DNA of 64,000 nucleotides from the NCBI GenBank assembly GCA_027021445.1, contig JALUUH010000235.1, positions 7,646-71,645 on the forward strand, in the 5' to 3' direction. The translations under genes were made by a program, and so were the position numbers. Shown in pieces: positions 1-8,859 of the stretch (position 1 is its first letter; each line of letters starts with the position of its first letter). This DNA comes from Gammaproteobacteria bacterium (GTDB lineage Bacteria; Pseudomonadota; Gammaproteobacteria; S012-40). The notes below the pieces were generated by a model. The model had not been told where the DNA came from, searched no databases, and saw nothing but the letters and a program-made list of their open reading frames with translations.

Positions 1-48
1 TATTTTAGCGGCTTAATGTATTAATCTTTAGGAGGGGGTTTCGCAGAA

Positions 49-77
49 TAAAAAAAGGCGGACTCTAACATCCGCCT
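49..77 (-). terminator. Probable intrinsic terminator downstream of the 103..393 gene
   Basis: AGGCGGA(56-62)/TCCGCCT(71-77) stem followed by a T-run on the minus strand. Confidence 0.6.
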
Positions 78-102
78 ATAAGGGAGAGGACTGTGAAAGT
101 AA

Positions 103-393
103 TTAGTCAGCTAAGATTGTGGCTTCAGGATAGTCTTTTACTAACAAGCTTTCTATGTCTAAGAAGGCAACTTCGCCATAATTAAAATCTATGTTAATAA
201 TTCTCGGTTTTTTAGATGAGAAATAGATGGAGTTAATTCTGCTTTCTTCTAATAAGCAGCTAACCAGTTTTTCTTTTCTCTCTAACGATAGATTCTGGGC
301 AAGATTGATCGTGGCTGTTCCGTTCGCAATTTGTTGAGCGTGGTTAATATTGTGTCGCATTCTATTAGGTTTAGTTTGATTTATATAAGTCAT
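103..393 (-). CDS. Small hypothetical protein (96 aa), possibly a degenerate HMA/ferredoxin-like fold
   Basis: ORF with strong RBS (GAGGGAGGA, 402-410 on minus), candidate promoter and terminator; fold guess is weak. Confidence 0.65.
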   Translation of the reverse strand: MTYINQTKPNRMRHNINHAQQIANGTATINLAQNLSLERKEKLVSCLLEESRINSIYFSSKKPRIINIDFNYGEVAFLDIESLLVKDYPEATILAD

Positions 394-435
394 TATAAAT
401 ATCCTCCCTCTGAGGATTTTGTGTGTATGGATTAC

Positions 436-479
436 ACTATAGTTCAGGACTTTTTATGTTACCTGTGATCTATCACACA
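436..479 (-). promoter_or_regulatory. CRP/FNR-family site with class II promoter geometry
   Basis: TGTGA-N6-ACACA at 464-479; -10 TATAGT on minus at 436-441; site centre about -41.5 from the inferred start. Confidence 0.45.
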
Positions 480-497
480 GGGGGGAATATTAATTTA

Positions 498-1673
498 TCA
501 AATTTTCCCTGAGATAGCGTTGCTTAATATTTCTACATAATCTGCTTTATGCATGGGCAATGGGTTGCTCGCTGAAGAAGGGTCATTGACTGCCTGGTTA
601 GCAATTAAATCGATGTGTTCACTGCTAATGCCAATTTCAGAGAGTGAATGAGGGATCTGAATTTCTTTTCTGAGATTTAGAACCCAATCGAGTACACCCG
701 CGTAAGATCGGGTATCGAGCTCTAGAATATTGGCCAGTCGCTGCATTTTGTGCTTAATAGCATCTCTATTGTGAACCAGTATATAAGGTATGAGTACTGC
801 GTTTAGTAAGCCATGGTGGGTGTCGAAAAATGCGCCTAAGGGGTGAGCTAACGCATGAGTGGCGCCCAGTCCTTTTTGAAAGGAGGTCGCTCCCATCAGC
901 GAAGCGGTGAGCATGTGACTTCTTGCGGTGAAATCCTTGCCATCGTGAACGGCGGTTGGCAAATACGCCTTTATTAACCGTAGAGCTTCTAATGCAATGC
1001 CTTCGGCCATAGGGTGATAGCCTGGAGCACAAAGTGCTTCGAGATTATGCGATAAAGCATCCATGCCTGTGGCTGCTGTGAGTTTACTGTTAAGCCCGAT
1101 AGTTAGTGCGGGATCGGCGATGACGGTTTTAGGCATCATTAGTGGATGAAAAATTATTTTCTTTTCCACTTTGTTGGTATCAAGAATAACCGCAGCGCGC
1201 CCAACTTCTGAGCCGGTGCCCGAGGTTGTGGGAATGGCAATCACTGGAGCTACGCCGTTGCTATCAACTTTTTTCCAGTTATCATTAATGTCTTCGAATT
1301 CCCAGAGTGGCAGAGTTTGCCCGGACATCAATGCGATCGTTTTGCCTGCGTCAAGGCTGCTACCACCGCCGAATGCAATGACTCCGTCATGATTTCCCTG
1401 TCGATAGACCTCGACCCCGCTGCGAATGTTTTCTCCCGTTGGGTTGGATTTAACATCCGAGAATACATCGGTAGATAAGTTTTTTGATGAGAGATGTTTG
1501 ATTGTATTTTGTACGAAAGAAAGACTCACTAGCATATTGTCAGTGACCAGCAATGGACGGGTGATCTGTAATTCTGCACATGCAATATCAATTTTTTCGA
1601 TTTCTCCGGGGCCAAATCGAACACGGGTTGGGTAATTCCAATTACCGACTAACTTTTGTTTGTCAGTTGTCAT
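498..1673 (-). CDS. Iron-containing alcohol dehydrogenase
   Basis: GGGSSLDAGK, PTTSGTGSE, GMDALSH, HALAH and HHG motifs. Confidence 0.93.
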   Translation of the reverse strand: MTTDKQKLVGNWNYPTRVRFGPGEIEKIDIACAELQITRPLLVTDNMLVSLSFVQNTIKHLSSKNLSTDVFSDVKSNPTGENIRSGVEVYRQGNHDGVIAFGGGSSLDAGKTIALMSGQTLPLWEFEDINDNWKKVDSNGVAPVIAIPTTSGTGSEVGRAAVILDTNKVEKKIIFHPLMMPKTVIADPALTIGLNSKLTAATGMDALSHNLEALCAPGYHPMAEGIALEALRLIKAYLPTAVHDGKDFTARSHMLTASLMGATSFQKGLGATHALAHPLGAFFDTHHGLLNAVLIPYILVHNRDAIKHKMQRLANILELDTRSYAGVLDWVLNLRKEIQIPHSLSEIGISSEHIDLIANQAVNDPSSASNPLPMHKADYVEILSNAISGKI

Positions 1674-1683
1674 TTTTTCGCCT

Positions 1684-3075
1684 TTATAAGTCGAGCTTTA
1701 AATGAAAAGATTTTGTTTGCGTGAGTTGCTCATAACCTATTTCAGAGAGGCTGCAACCGCGGCCTGAGTTTTTTAATCCTGTCCATGCAAGCGCAGGATC
1801 GAGGTAGTCACATCTGTTCATAAACCATGTTCCGACCTGAGCTTGTTGTCCCAGTTTAAGCGCAATTTTTTCATCAGTTGTCCATACTGAGGCGGTTAGG
1901 CCAAATTCACTATCATTGATTAAGTTCATTGCTGCTTCGTCAGATGTTACTTGCATAATTCCGACAACAGGCCCGAAGCTTTCAACTTTCATAATAGACA
2001 TGCTGTGGTCGACTTCAGTCAACACTTGTGGCGCGAGATATGGGCTGTCTTTATTGTATTCTGTAAAGAGTTGAGATGGTATACAGGCCGTAGCACCGTC
2101 TGCTATAGCTGTGTTGATTTGCTTGCGAACATGGTTTGCAGCTCTGATACTAACCATCGGGCCTAATTCGGTTTCAGGATTTAATGGATTACCCAGCTGG
2201 TATAACTTTACCTTCTCAACAAACTGCGCAAGAAAACTCTCATATATATGTTCATGAACATATATTCGTTCTATGCCACAACAAGATTGACCTGAATTAA
2301 AATAAGCGCCATCGACAAGACTTTCAACCGATTTTTCTAAATTTGCATCAGGTCTTACGTATGCTGCATCTTTTCCACCGAGTTCTAATCCCATGCCGAT
2401 AAATCGAGTAGCGGCTGCTGCTTGAATATGCCTCCCTCCTGCTACCGATCCGGTAAAAGAAACAAAATCAATATTGCTATTTTTTACCAGTTTCTCGGTC
2501 GATTCATGATCTAAATATAATGACTGAAAAACCCCATTAGGCAAACCGGCTGCATGCAGTGCTGCTGCGATGCGCCTGGCAGTTAAAGGGGTTTGCGACG
2601 AGGGTTTTAAAATGACGCTATTGCCTGCCATTATAGCTGGAATTATTGCATTGACCGCTGTTAGATAAGGATAGTTCCACGGAGCAATGACAAATACGTT
2701 TCCACAGGGATTGCGTTGTATAAAGCGTTCAATGTTGTTTTTTTTGGGAATCTGGATGTTTGCCAATTTATGTTCGGCAATATCTATCATGTATCTGGCG
2801 CGTTCGGCAAAACCCAGTACTTCACCTTCGCAATAGCGGATAGGTCTGCCCATTTGCCAGCAAATCTCTTCTGCAATCATGCTTTTTTGAGCCAAGATAT
2901 TTTCAACAGCTTGTAGGCATATTTGCTTGCGTTGTGACAGTGAGCTAAATTTCCATTGAGCGGAAATTTGACTAGATAGGCTAAGTGCTTGCTGAATATT
3001 ATTTTGGCTGGAATAGCTCAGTTCTAAATATTGATGGTTATCAATAGGTGAAATGACTTGAAATTTTTTTTCCAT
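1684..3075 (-). CDS. Aldehyde dehydrogenase family protein
   Basis: PWNYP, FTGS, LELGGKD, GQSCC and ESFGP motifs. Confidence 0.95.
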   Translation of the reverse strand: MEKKFQVISPIDNHQYLELSYSSQNNIQQALSLSSQISAQWKFSSLSQRKQICLQAVENILAQKSMIAEEICWQMGRPIRYCEGEVLGFAERARYMIDIAEHKLANIQIPKKNNIERFIQRNPCGNVFVIAPWNYPYLTAVNAIIPAIMAGNSVILKPSSQTPLTARRIAAALHAAGLPNGVFQSLYLDHESTEKLVKNSNIDFVSFTGSVAGGRHIQAAAATRFIGMGLELGGKDAAYVRPDANLEKSVESLVDGAYFNSGQSCCGIERIYVHEHIYESFLAQFVEKVKLYQLGNPLNPETELGPMVSIRAANHVRKQINTAIADGATACIPSQLFTEYNKDSPYLAPQVLTEVDHSMSIMKVESFGPVVGIMQVTSDEAAMNLINDSEFGLTASVWTTDEKIALKLGQQAQVGTWFMNRCDYLDPALAWTGLKNSGRGCSLSEIGYEQLTQTKSFHLKLDL

Positions 3076-3118
3076 AACTATGTTTTAGAATGTAAGTTGT
3101 TAATGAAATGTGGGGAAG

Positions 3119-4486
3119 CTATATGATTTCAAAATAGCGTTCGAGCTCCCAGTCGGTAATATGCTTGCGAAATTCTCGTTCTTCCCATTCTCTGCTCGCT
3201 GCGTAATGAGATACAAAGGCTTCGCCAAATAATTCGTTTGCTATAGTCGATTGTTTCAAATTTTGCGCAGCATCCCATAGCGTTGTTGGTAATTTCAGGT
3301 TGTCAGAACTTTTTTGTTCATAGGCATTACCACTATTTGCATCAGTAGGTTCGATTTTGTTTTTTATTCCCCAAATTCCTGATACGAGTGCTGCGGCGAG
3401 TGCAAGATAGGGGTTTGCATCAGATGCAGCAATACGGTATTCAACACGTTGGGATTTTTCACTGCCCGGGATAACACGCAATGCACAGGTTCTATTTTCT
3501 ATACCCCAGCTCGCAGTTGTTGGTGCCCAAAAACCGGGGATCATCCGAGTATATGAATTTACGGTGGGTGCAATCATTGACAAGAGGTCGGGCATTAACT
3601 TTTGTTGTCCACCAATAAAATGACGCATTGAGTCGCTAATATTATGCGTTTGAGATGGATCGTGAAATATGGATTTTCCATGTTTGTCTCTTAACGATAG
3701 GTGAATGTGCCCACTTTGCCCCGGCCAGTCGGAAGACCATTTAGCCATAAAGGTTGCCATTTTATGATTGCGTTGAGCAATGACTTTAGTAAATGTTTTA
3801 AACAAGCTCGCTTTGTCCGCAGCATTGAGTGCGGTGTCTACTGTTATTGCGGCTTCTAGCACACCGGGCCCCGTTTCTTCGTGTAGGCTTTCTATGGGGA
3901 AGTCCATTTGCTCTGCGGTGCTTAATAGCTCATTATAAATATCACTATCGACTGAGTTTCTTAATACTGAATAGCCAAATGATCCTGGCGCGAGTGGTTT
4001 TAGATTTTTGAATTCCTTTTCTCTTACCGAGTCGCGAGTTTCGTTAAAAACAAAAAATTCGTATTCAAGGGCAGCATATGGAATGAAGCCTATGATTTTT
4101 GCGTCGTCGATGACCTTCTTTAAAATGTTTCTGGGGCATAGTTTTGCTGCCTCATTTTCGAATTCGGCAAGAAAAAATAATTGCTTGTCCTCAAATGGAA
4201 TGTCTCTACATGATTCAGGGATGATGCGCGCATTGGCATCTGGGTATCCGGTATGCCATCCAGTGTATTTGACGTTATCATATAATTGATCTTTAGAGTC
4301 CCAGCCGAGTATTACGTCACAAAACCCAAAGCCATTATCTAATGCAGACAAAAATTTTTCTTTGGACATGTATTTTCCGCGCAGAATGCCATCCATATCC
4401 GTTATCCCTACTTTGATGTGGCTTAACATTCTTTCTTCGATGATTTTTTTAACATCCTCGGTTGTTATAAGCTGTCTAGCGTCCAT
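3119..4486 (-). CDS. Glutamine synthetase-family gamma-glutamyl-amine ligase
   Basis: DMDGILRGK, LEYEF, HEETGPG, SGHIHLS, ENRT, RVEYR and DANPYLA motifs; start moved to MDARQ (4486), which has a GAGG RBS. Confidence 0.9.
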   Translation of the reverse strand: MDARQLITTEDVKKIIEERMLSHIKVGITDMDGILRGKYMSKEKFLSALDNGFGFCDVILGWDSKDQLYDNVKYTGWHTGYPDANARIIPESCRDIPFEDKQLFFLAEFENEAAKLCPRNILKKVIDDAKIIGFIPYAALEYEFFVFNETRDSVREKEFKNLKPLAPGSFGYSVLRNSVDSDIYNELLSTAEQMDFPIESLHEETGPGVLEAAITVDTALNAADKASLFKTFTKVIAQRNHKMATFMAKWSSDWPGQSGHIHLSLRDKHGKSIFHDPSQTHNISDSMRHFIGGQQKLMPDLLSMIAPTVNSYTRMIPGFWAPTTASWGIENRTCALRVIPGSEKSQRVEYRIAASDANPYLALAAALVSGIWGIKNKIEPTDANSGNAYEQKSSDNLKLPTTLWDAAQNLKQSTIANELFGEAFVSHYAASREWEEREFRKHITDWELERYFEII

Positions 4487-4592
4487 CTTGTGGCCTCTTA
4501 ATGGTAGGGAGTATGTATTCCTAAGCTGTTGTTGAAAGTAAAATTCTAGTAAAATTTCAAGGATCTGCAACGTCGATGCAAGGTGGAGACCA

Positions 4593-5294
4593 GTGAAAGT
4601 AGGCATATTGCAATGTGATTCTGTATTAATTGAATATCAAGCGGAGTTTGCAGATTATCCGCACATGCTTATGCAAATGTTTGCAGCGGTTACCAATGAA
4701 TTAGAGTATCAGGTTTATAATGTTGTAGACAATGAATACCCCGGAAATTTGAATGAATGTGATGTATATATAACAACAGGAAGCAAGGTTAGTGTTTATG
4801 ATAACTTAGCTTGGATTGATGTGCTCAAGCAGTTTATCTGTGATTTGGACCGGAATCAGAAAAAACTCGTTGGCATTTGTTTTGGACACCAACTAGTCGC
4901 TGATGCATTAAATGGTAAAACCCAAGCTTCTGCAAAGGGCTGGGGTGTGGGATTGTCGAAAAACAAAATCACAATGAAAAAAAACTGGATGTTGCCCAGT
5001 CTTGATGCATTAAGAATAATTGTCTCGCACAAAGATCAAGTGCTGGAATTACCCACGGGAGCCGAGCTATTGGCCACTAGCGAGTTTTGCCCTCATTTTA
5101 TGTACCAAATGGGTAAGCATATTATGTGCGTTCAAGGGCATCCAGAGTTTTCATTCGATTATTCAGCAACGTTAATGACACATCGTCGTAAACTATTGGG
5201 TGAGAGTGTTTACCAAGCAGGAATTAATTCCCTGCAATTAAAATCGGACGCTAGGGTTTTTGCACAATGGATAGTGCAATTTTTCAAAAATTGA
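4593..5294 (+). CDS. Class I glutamine amidotransferase-like protein (putative gamma-glutamyl hydrolase)
   Basis: GICFGHQ and QGHPEF catalytic motifs; GTG start with GGAG RBS; divergent from the GS-like gene. Confidence 0.9.
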   Translation: MKVGILQCDSVLIEYQAEFADYPHMLMQMFAAVTNELEYQVYNVVDNEYPGNLNECDVYITTGSKVSVYDNLAWIDVLKQFICDLDRNQKKLVGICFGHQLVADALNGKTQASAKGWGVGLSKNKITMKKNWMLPSLDALRIIVSHKDQVLELPTGAELLATSEFCPHFMYQMGKHIMCVQGHPEFSFDYSATLMTHRRKLLGESVYQAGINSLQLKSDARVFAQWIVQFFKN

Positions 5295-5536
5295 TAAGTG
5301 AGCTGTTGATTTTTGCTTTAAATCTAATGTGTTAGTTTGCCGGGAAATATAAAAACACAAAGAGTAATGCGTATTTTTATGCTTGTTTTAGTGGTAAAGA
5401 GATTATTGCTTAAGAATAAATTAAGTTTGGAACCTTGAAAAATCCCTCTAAGATACATAGATAGTTAATAGCGAGTGTTAACACAAAACGTAAATAGCAC
5501 TTGCATAATACCAAAGTAAAATGTTAAGGTATTGCT

Positions 5537-5645
5537 TTAGCTATCCAAGAAACACTAGAGCGGTTGGTGGCAGTGATGCAAAAGGATTCCTCCTCCCTCC
5601 TTTCCTTTGTATCAGACCCAGCTGCTGCTTGATCGCTCTAATCTT
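5537..5645 (+). ncRNA. Candidate small RNA: long hairpin with a CU-rich anti-Shine-Dalgarno loop
   Basis: Three stacked helices over 5556-5640 with G-U pairs valid only on plus; loop UUCCUCCUCCCUCCUU; upstream TTGCAT-N18-TAAGGT with TG extension. Confidence 0.5.
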
Positions 5646-5771
5646 GTTTCTATTATAATTTTCGACTGACCCGTCTTGCTTTTTCTGTTATTTCAATGAC
5701 TTGCTTAAACCTAAATTCCGCAGTTGATCGCTCTTGCCTGGCGCTAACTCTTGCAATTCAGATTCGCTATT

Positions 5772-6146
5772 TTAGAATTTAATATTGAGTCCAATTTTAG
5801 CGTTATTCGAAATAACGCCAACTTGCATCATCATCGTCGCACTCTGAAAAGTGCGTCGATATTTTTGCGGTAATAAATGAGCCACTCCGGCATGTAATAA
5901 GGCAGTTCCCAAGAAGTAGGCGTTTACTTTGTTGGTCGAAGGACATCGCCCAAGAGCAGGATTTGTTTCATAATAAGTGCCTTCGCCACATTGTGCGGCT
6001 ATGTCGCGTGTTTGTCCCCAGTCCGCAATATGAGTGGCAAGATAGCCAATCTCCCAGGCGGTGTCTGCATTGGACCAAGCATTTGCATGCGATGAAACAA
6101 CAAGGCTTGAGATAAATGGTAATATGAGAAAGGCGAGTTTTTTCAT
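5772..6146 (-). CDS. Secreted or membrane hypothetical protein with ADWGQT...E.NP.LG motif (DUF5658-like)
   Basis: Signal peptide from MKKLAF (6146); C-terminal Phe. Confidence 0.75.
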   Translation of the reverse strand: MKKLAFLILPFISSLVVSSHANAWSNADTAWEIGYLATHIADWGQTRDIAAQCGEGTYYETNPALGRCPSTNKVNAYFLGTALLHAGVAHLLPQKYRRTFQSATMMMQVGVISNNAKIGLNIKF

Positions 6147-6281
6147 TATGTTATGTCCTACGTAATAAGCTTTATTGTTTTGTTTGTTGCGTAATACGTT
6201 GGCGTCCATGCAATAGGGTTCAGCAGTTCGAAAATGCCAACTCGCTCATGTTTTGTGCTGGGTTTGTTGTTTTAAAGTGGA

Positions 6282-6302
6282 AAATGAGAGCCTGGTCACA
6301 TT
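6282..6302. promoter_or_regulatory. CRP-family binding site in a divergent intergenic region
   Basis: AAA-TGAGA-N6-TCACA-TT, one mismatch to the TGTGA-N6-TCACA core. Confidence 0.45.
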
Positions 6303-6368
6303 GCATTTATGCTTGTAGTGTAGGGCTGAGAGCTTATTAATAGGATCCAATGGAAGAGAGTTATAGCG

Positions 6369-7490
6369 ATGAGGTTTTCAATCGATAAGCCACAGGGCGA
6401 AGATAATCAAAGTATAGGTTTATTACGTAGACGTAGCCTAGATTTAGGCTGGTTGCAGCAAACTAAAGCCCAGGCTCCTCTGAGCGCTCAGCAGATAGCG
6501 GATAGATGGTCTTCATCACAAGCGATTGTATTGCCACAGGCGGTGAGTGGCTTTTTAAAGCCGCAGAAAAAGCATATTACACGTACTCTACAACTGATGG
6601 AGCAAGTCCTAGACGAAGTGGATTGTGAAGATGTATTTACCGAATCGCCTTATCAAGAAAGACTAAATGGAAAATTTGCAATGCTTGGTAGTATTTATGA
6701 TGAGGGTGACCGTCAGGAAATTGAAAAAATAGAATTTGATGCCTTGGAAAATGGCGAAATCATCGCAGAAAATTTGTGGGTTAAATTGTCCTGGTTGTCG
6801 TTTGATGAAGATGATTCTTCATTTCGTTTACGTTTTTCATTTGGCTTAGAACAATATGAAGATGTGTCGCAAGATCTTCAACGGGAAATATTAACAGCAC
6901 AGCTTGCAGAGGCTATTTTTCCAGAAAGTGTTGCCATTAGTGAAAATCAAAATCTGATTGAGCAATGTAAAAATTTATTACAATCAAAAAGCTTAGAATT
7001 TGTTGAGCGTATTATCTATTTTAATGCACCTAATGGTGGTGCGCAGTTTCATCACGATGTTGAAAAGGGACATGCTGGAGTCGTTTTTTCTCAGCTTTAT
7101 GGACGTACCGCGTGGTTTGCATTATCGAAGCAGCAATTGTTAAGCGAAGTTCAGTTTTTTAGGAAAAATACTGCAAGCGCAGAAATGTTTTCAGTGCTTG
7201 GAAAAGAAAAAGAATTTGCGGAATTTAAAGCATCAACGGAAGATATGAAAATATTTTCAGATCAGATGAATGAAGGTGGTCATGATCATGTTGAAGTTTT
7301 ATTGAATCAGATACCCGAGTTTTTTCAGCAACTCGCAGATAATGGTTATGCCTTCATATTAGAGCCTGGTGACGTGATCTTGTTACCGCAGCAAGATGAG
7401 GAAAATTGTGTGTGGCATACTGTTTTTTGTTTTGATGATTTTCCAGGGCATGCGTTATCATTTGCTATGCGGGCGGGGGTCGAAGGTTAA
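6369..7490 (+). CDS. Hypothetical protein with C-terminal JmjC/cupin-like Fe(II) oxygenase motifs
   Basis: FHHD and LEPGDVILLP...WH (HxD...H facial triad pattern). Confidence 0.7.
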   Translation: MRFSIDKPQGEDNQSIGLLRRRSLDLGWLQQTKAQAPLSAQQIADRWSSSQAIVLPQAVSGFLKPQKKHITRTLQLMEQVLDEVDCEDVFTESPYQERLNGKFAMLGSIYDEGDRQEIEKIEFDALENGEIIAENLWVKLSWLSFDEDDSSFRLRFSFGLEQYEDVSQDLQREILTAQLAEAIFPESVAISENQNLIEQCKNLLQSKSLEFVERIIYFNAPNGGAQFHHDVEKGHAGVVFSQLYGRTAWFALSKQQLLSEVQFFRKNTASAEMFSVLGKEKEFAEFKASTEDMKIFSDQMNEGGHDHVEVLLNQIPEFFQQLADNGYAFILEPGDVILLPQQDEENCVWHTVFCFDDFPGHALSFAMRAGVEG

Positions 7491-7498
7491 GCCTAGAA

Positions 7499-8845
7499 TC
7501 AAAAAAACTGCTTCACTCCGAGTGCAATCCGGCTGGACTGCGACGAGCCACGAAAAACGGCATAATCTAAGCGTCCCACTGAGCGATAAATCCAAGGGAT
7601 AATAATGCGTATTCCTAAACCTGCGCTCAGTTTTATACTGTCTTTATCAAACGTGAGCTCGGTATAGTCGTTTTTTACTTCGGTCACATCGACAAAAAAA
7701 TTATGCTGAAAAATTGCGAGTTTATGTCGATAACTTGGAATTCGGTATTCTGCATTTAATTGCCAATAGGCGCCTCCGCGGAATTGACCATCAAAATATC
7801 CACGCACATGTTGAAAGCCTCCCACTAAAAACTGATGCTGTAGTTGTTGTGTGTTTGTTACTCCCAGTCGCGCTTGTAAAGCAAGATTTCCCGAATGCGG
7901 AAGGCGTTTATAATAACGATTAAGAAAAACGAAATGGTAAAAGCTTTCTTCTGTATTCTTAGTCAGCATGCTGTGTTTGAAGGTTAAGCCGCTTTCGCCA
8001 CCACTAAATAAAAAGTTGTCATAATCGGTGCGCCCATATTTGGCGCTAAACGAATAGAGTTTTGCTCGGCTTTTGTTTGAATCGGAGATTTGTAATAAGG
8101 TTTGCTTATCAAGCATTTCATTTGAATCATATGCAATAAACGCATCCTCGTATAATTCAATGGCCGTCCCTGAGCTAAAACCAGATTCGTATTTTTTTTC
8201 CAAACTTAGTTTGAATAAATTTCTAGCTAATACATAAGATCCTGTTTTGACTCCAGAATCCAAATAAAGGCTTTTTGGCTTTTTTATCGAAAAGTAACTG
8301 ACGCTCGTGGCCACGCGTTTATTGAACATTCGTGGGTTTTGCAACCAAATTGAACCTGAGTGTTCGCCATTCCAATTATCGTATTGCACACCACTTTGGA
8401 TAAACCGTCCTGCGATATTGATGTCATAAAATCCCGCAGTAAGTTGCTCAGTGCCTCCACCGCTGCTGTAGTTCATGTATGGAATAGCGGTCCACTTTTC
8501 TTTAACGCGGATAATGATTTTGGCGGTGTTGTTTGGAAGTCGTTCAATGAAAGGTGATACCTCGCTAAACAATTCGGTATTTTTAACCCGTTGAATGCTC
8601 TCAAGCAAGATGTCGGTTGATAGTTGATCGCCTGTTTTAAATATAAGCTCACGTAAAACAACGTATTTTTTTGTGCGGCTAAGGCCGCGAATATCGATTT
8701 CAGAAACAAGAACCTTATCCTGCAGATTCTGCGTAAGAAGATCTTGATTGGCGATAACCTTGAGAGAGAAAAAGTTGAGCGAAAGTAAAGCGGCAAGCGC
8801 ACAGGCCTGTGCTCGAAGGCGAAAACCGGAAAGAACTACAAACAT
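7499..8845 (-). CDS. Omp85 (BamA/TamA)-family outer membrane protein with a single POTRA domain
   Basis: GLSRTKKYVVLREL POTRA, VKEKW, VRGY loop motif, C-terminal Phe. Confidence 0.85.
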   Translation of the reverse strand: MFVVLSGFRLRAQACALAALLSLNFFSLKVIANQDLLTQNLQDKVLVSEIDIRGLSRTKKYVVLRELIFKTGDQLSTDILLESIQRVKNTELFSEVSPFIERLPNNTAKIIIRVKEKWTAIPYMNYSSGGGTEQLTAGFYDINIAGRFIQSGVQYDNWNGEHSGSIWLQNPRMFNKRVATSVSYFSIKKPKSLYLDSGVKTGSYVLARNLFKLSLEKKYESGFSSGTAIELYEDAFIAYDSNEMLDKQTLLQISDSNKSRAKLYSFSAKYGRTDYDNFLFSGGESGLTFKHSMLTKNTEESFYHFVFLNRYYKRLPHSGNLALQARLGVTNTQQLQHQFLVGGFQHVRGYFDGQFRGGAYWQLNAEYRIPSYRHKLAIFQHNFFVDVTEVKNDYTELTFDKDSIKLSAGLGIRIIIPWIYRSVGRLDYAVFRGSSQSSRIALGVKQFF

Positions 8846-8859
8846 TACAGAATACAGAG

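Noticed and set aside
4487-4606. N-terminal extension of the GS-like ORF overlapping the amidotransferase start
   Set aside because: Homology-like sequence and an RBS begin at MDARQ (4486); the extension is the divergent promoter region
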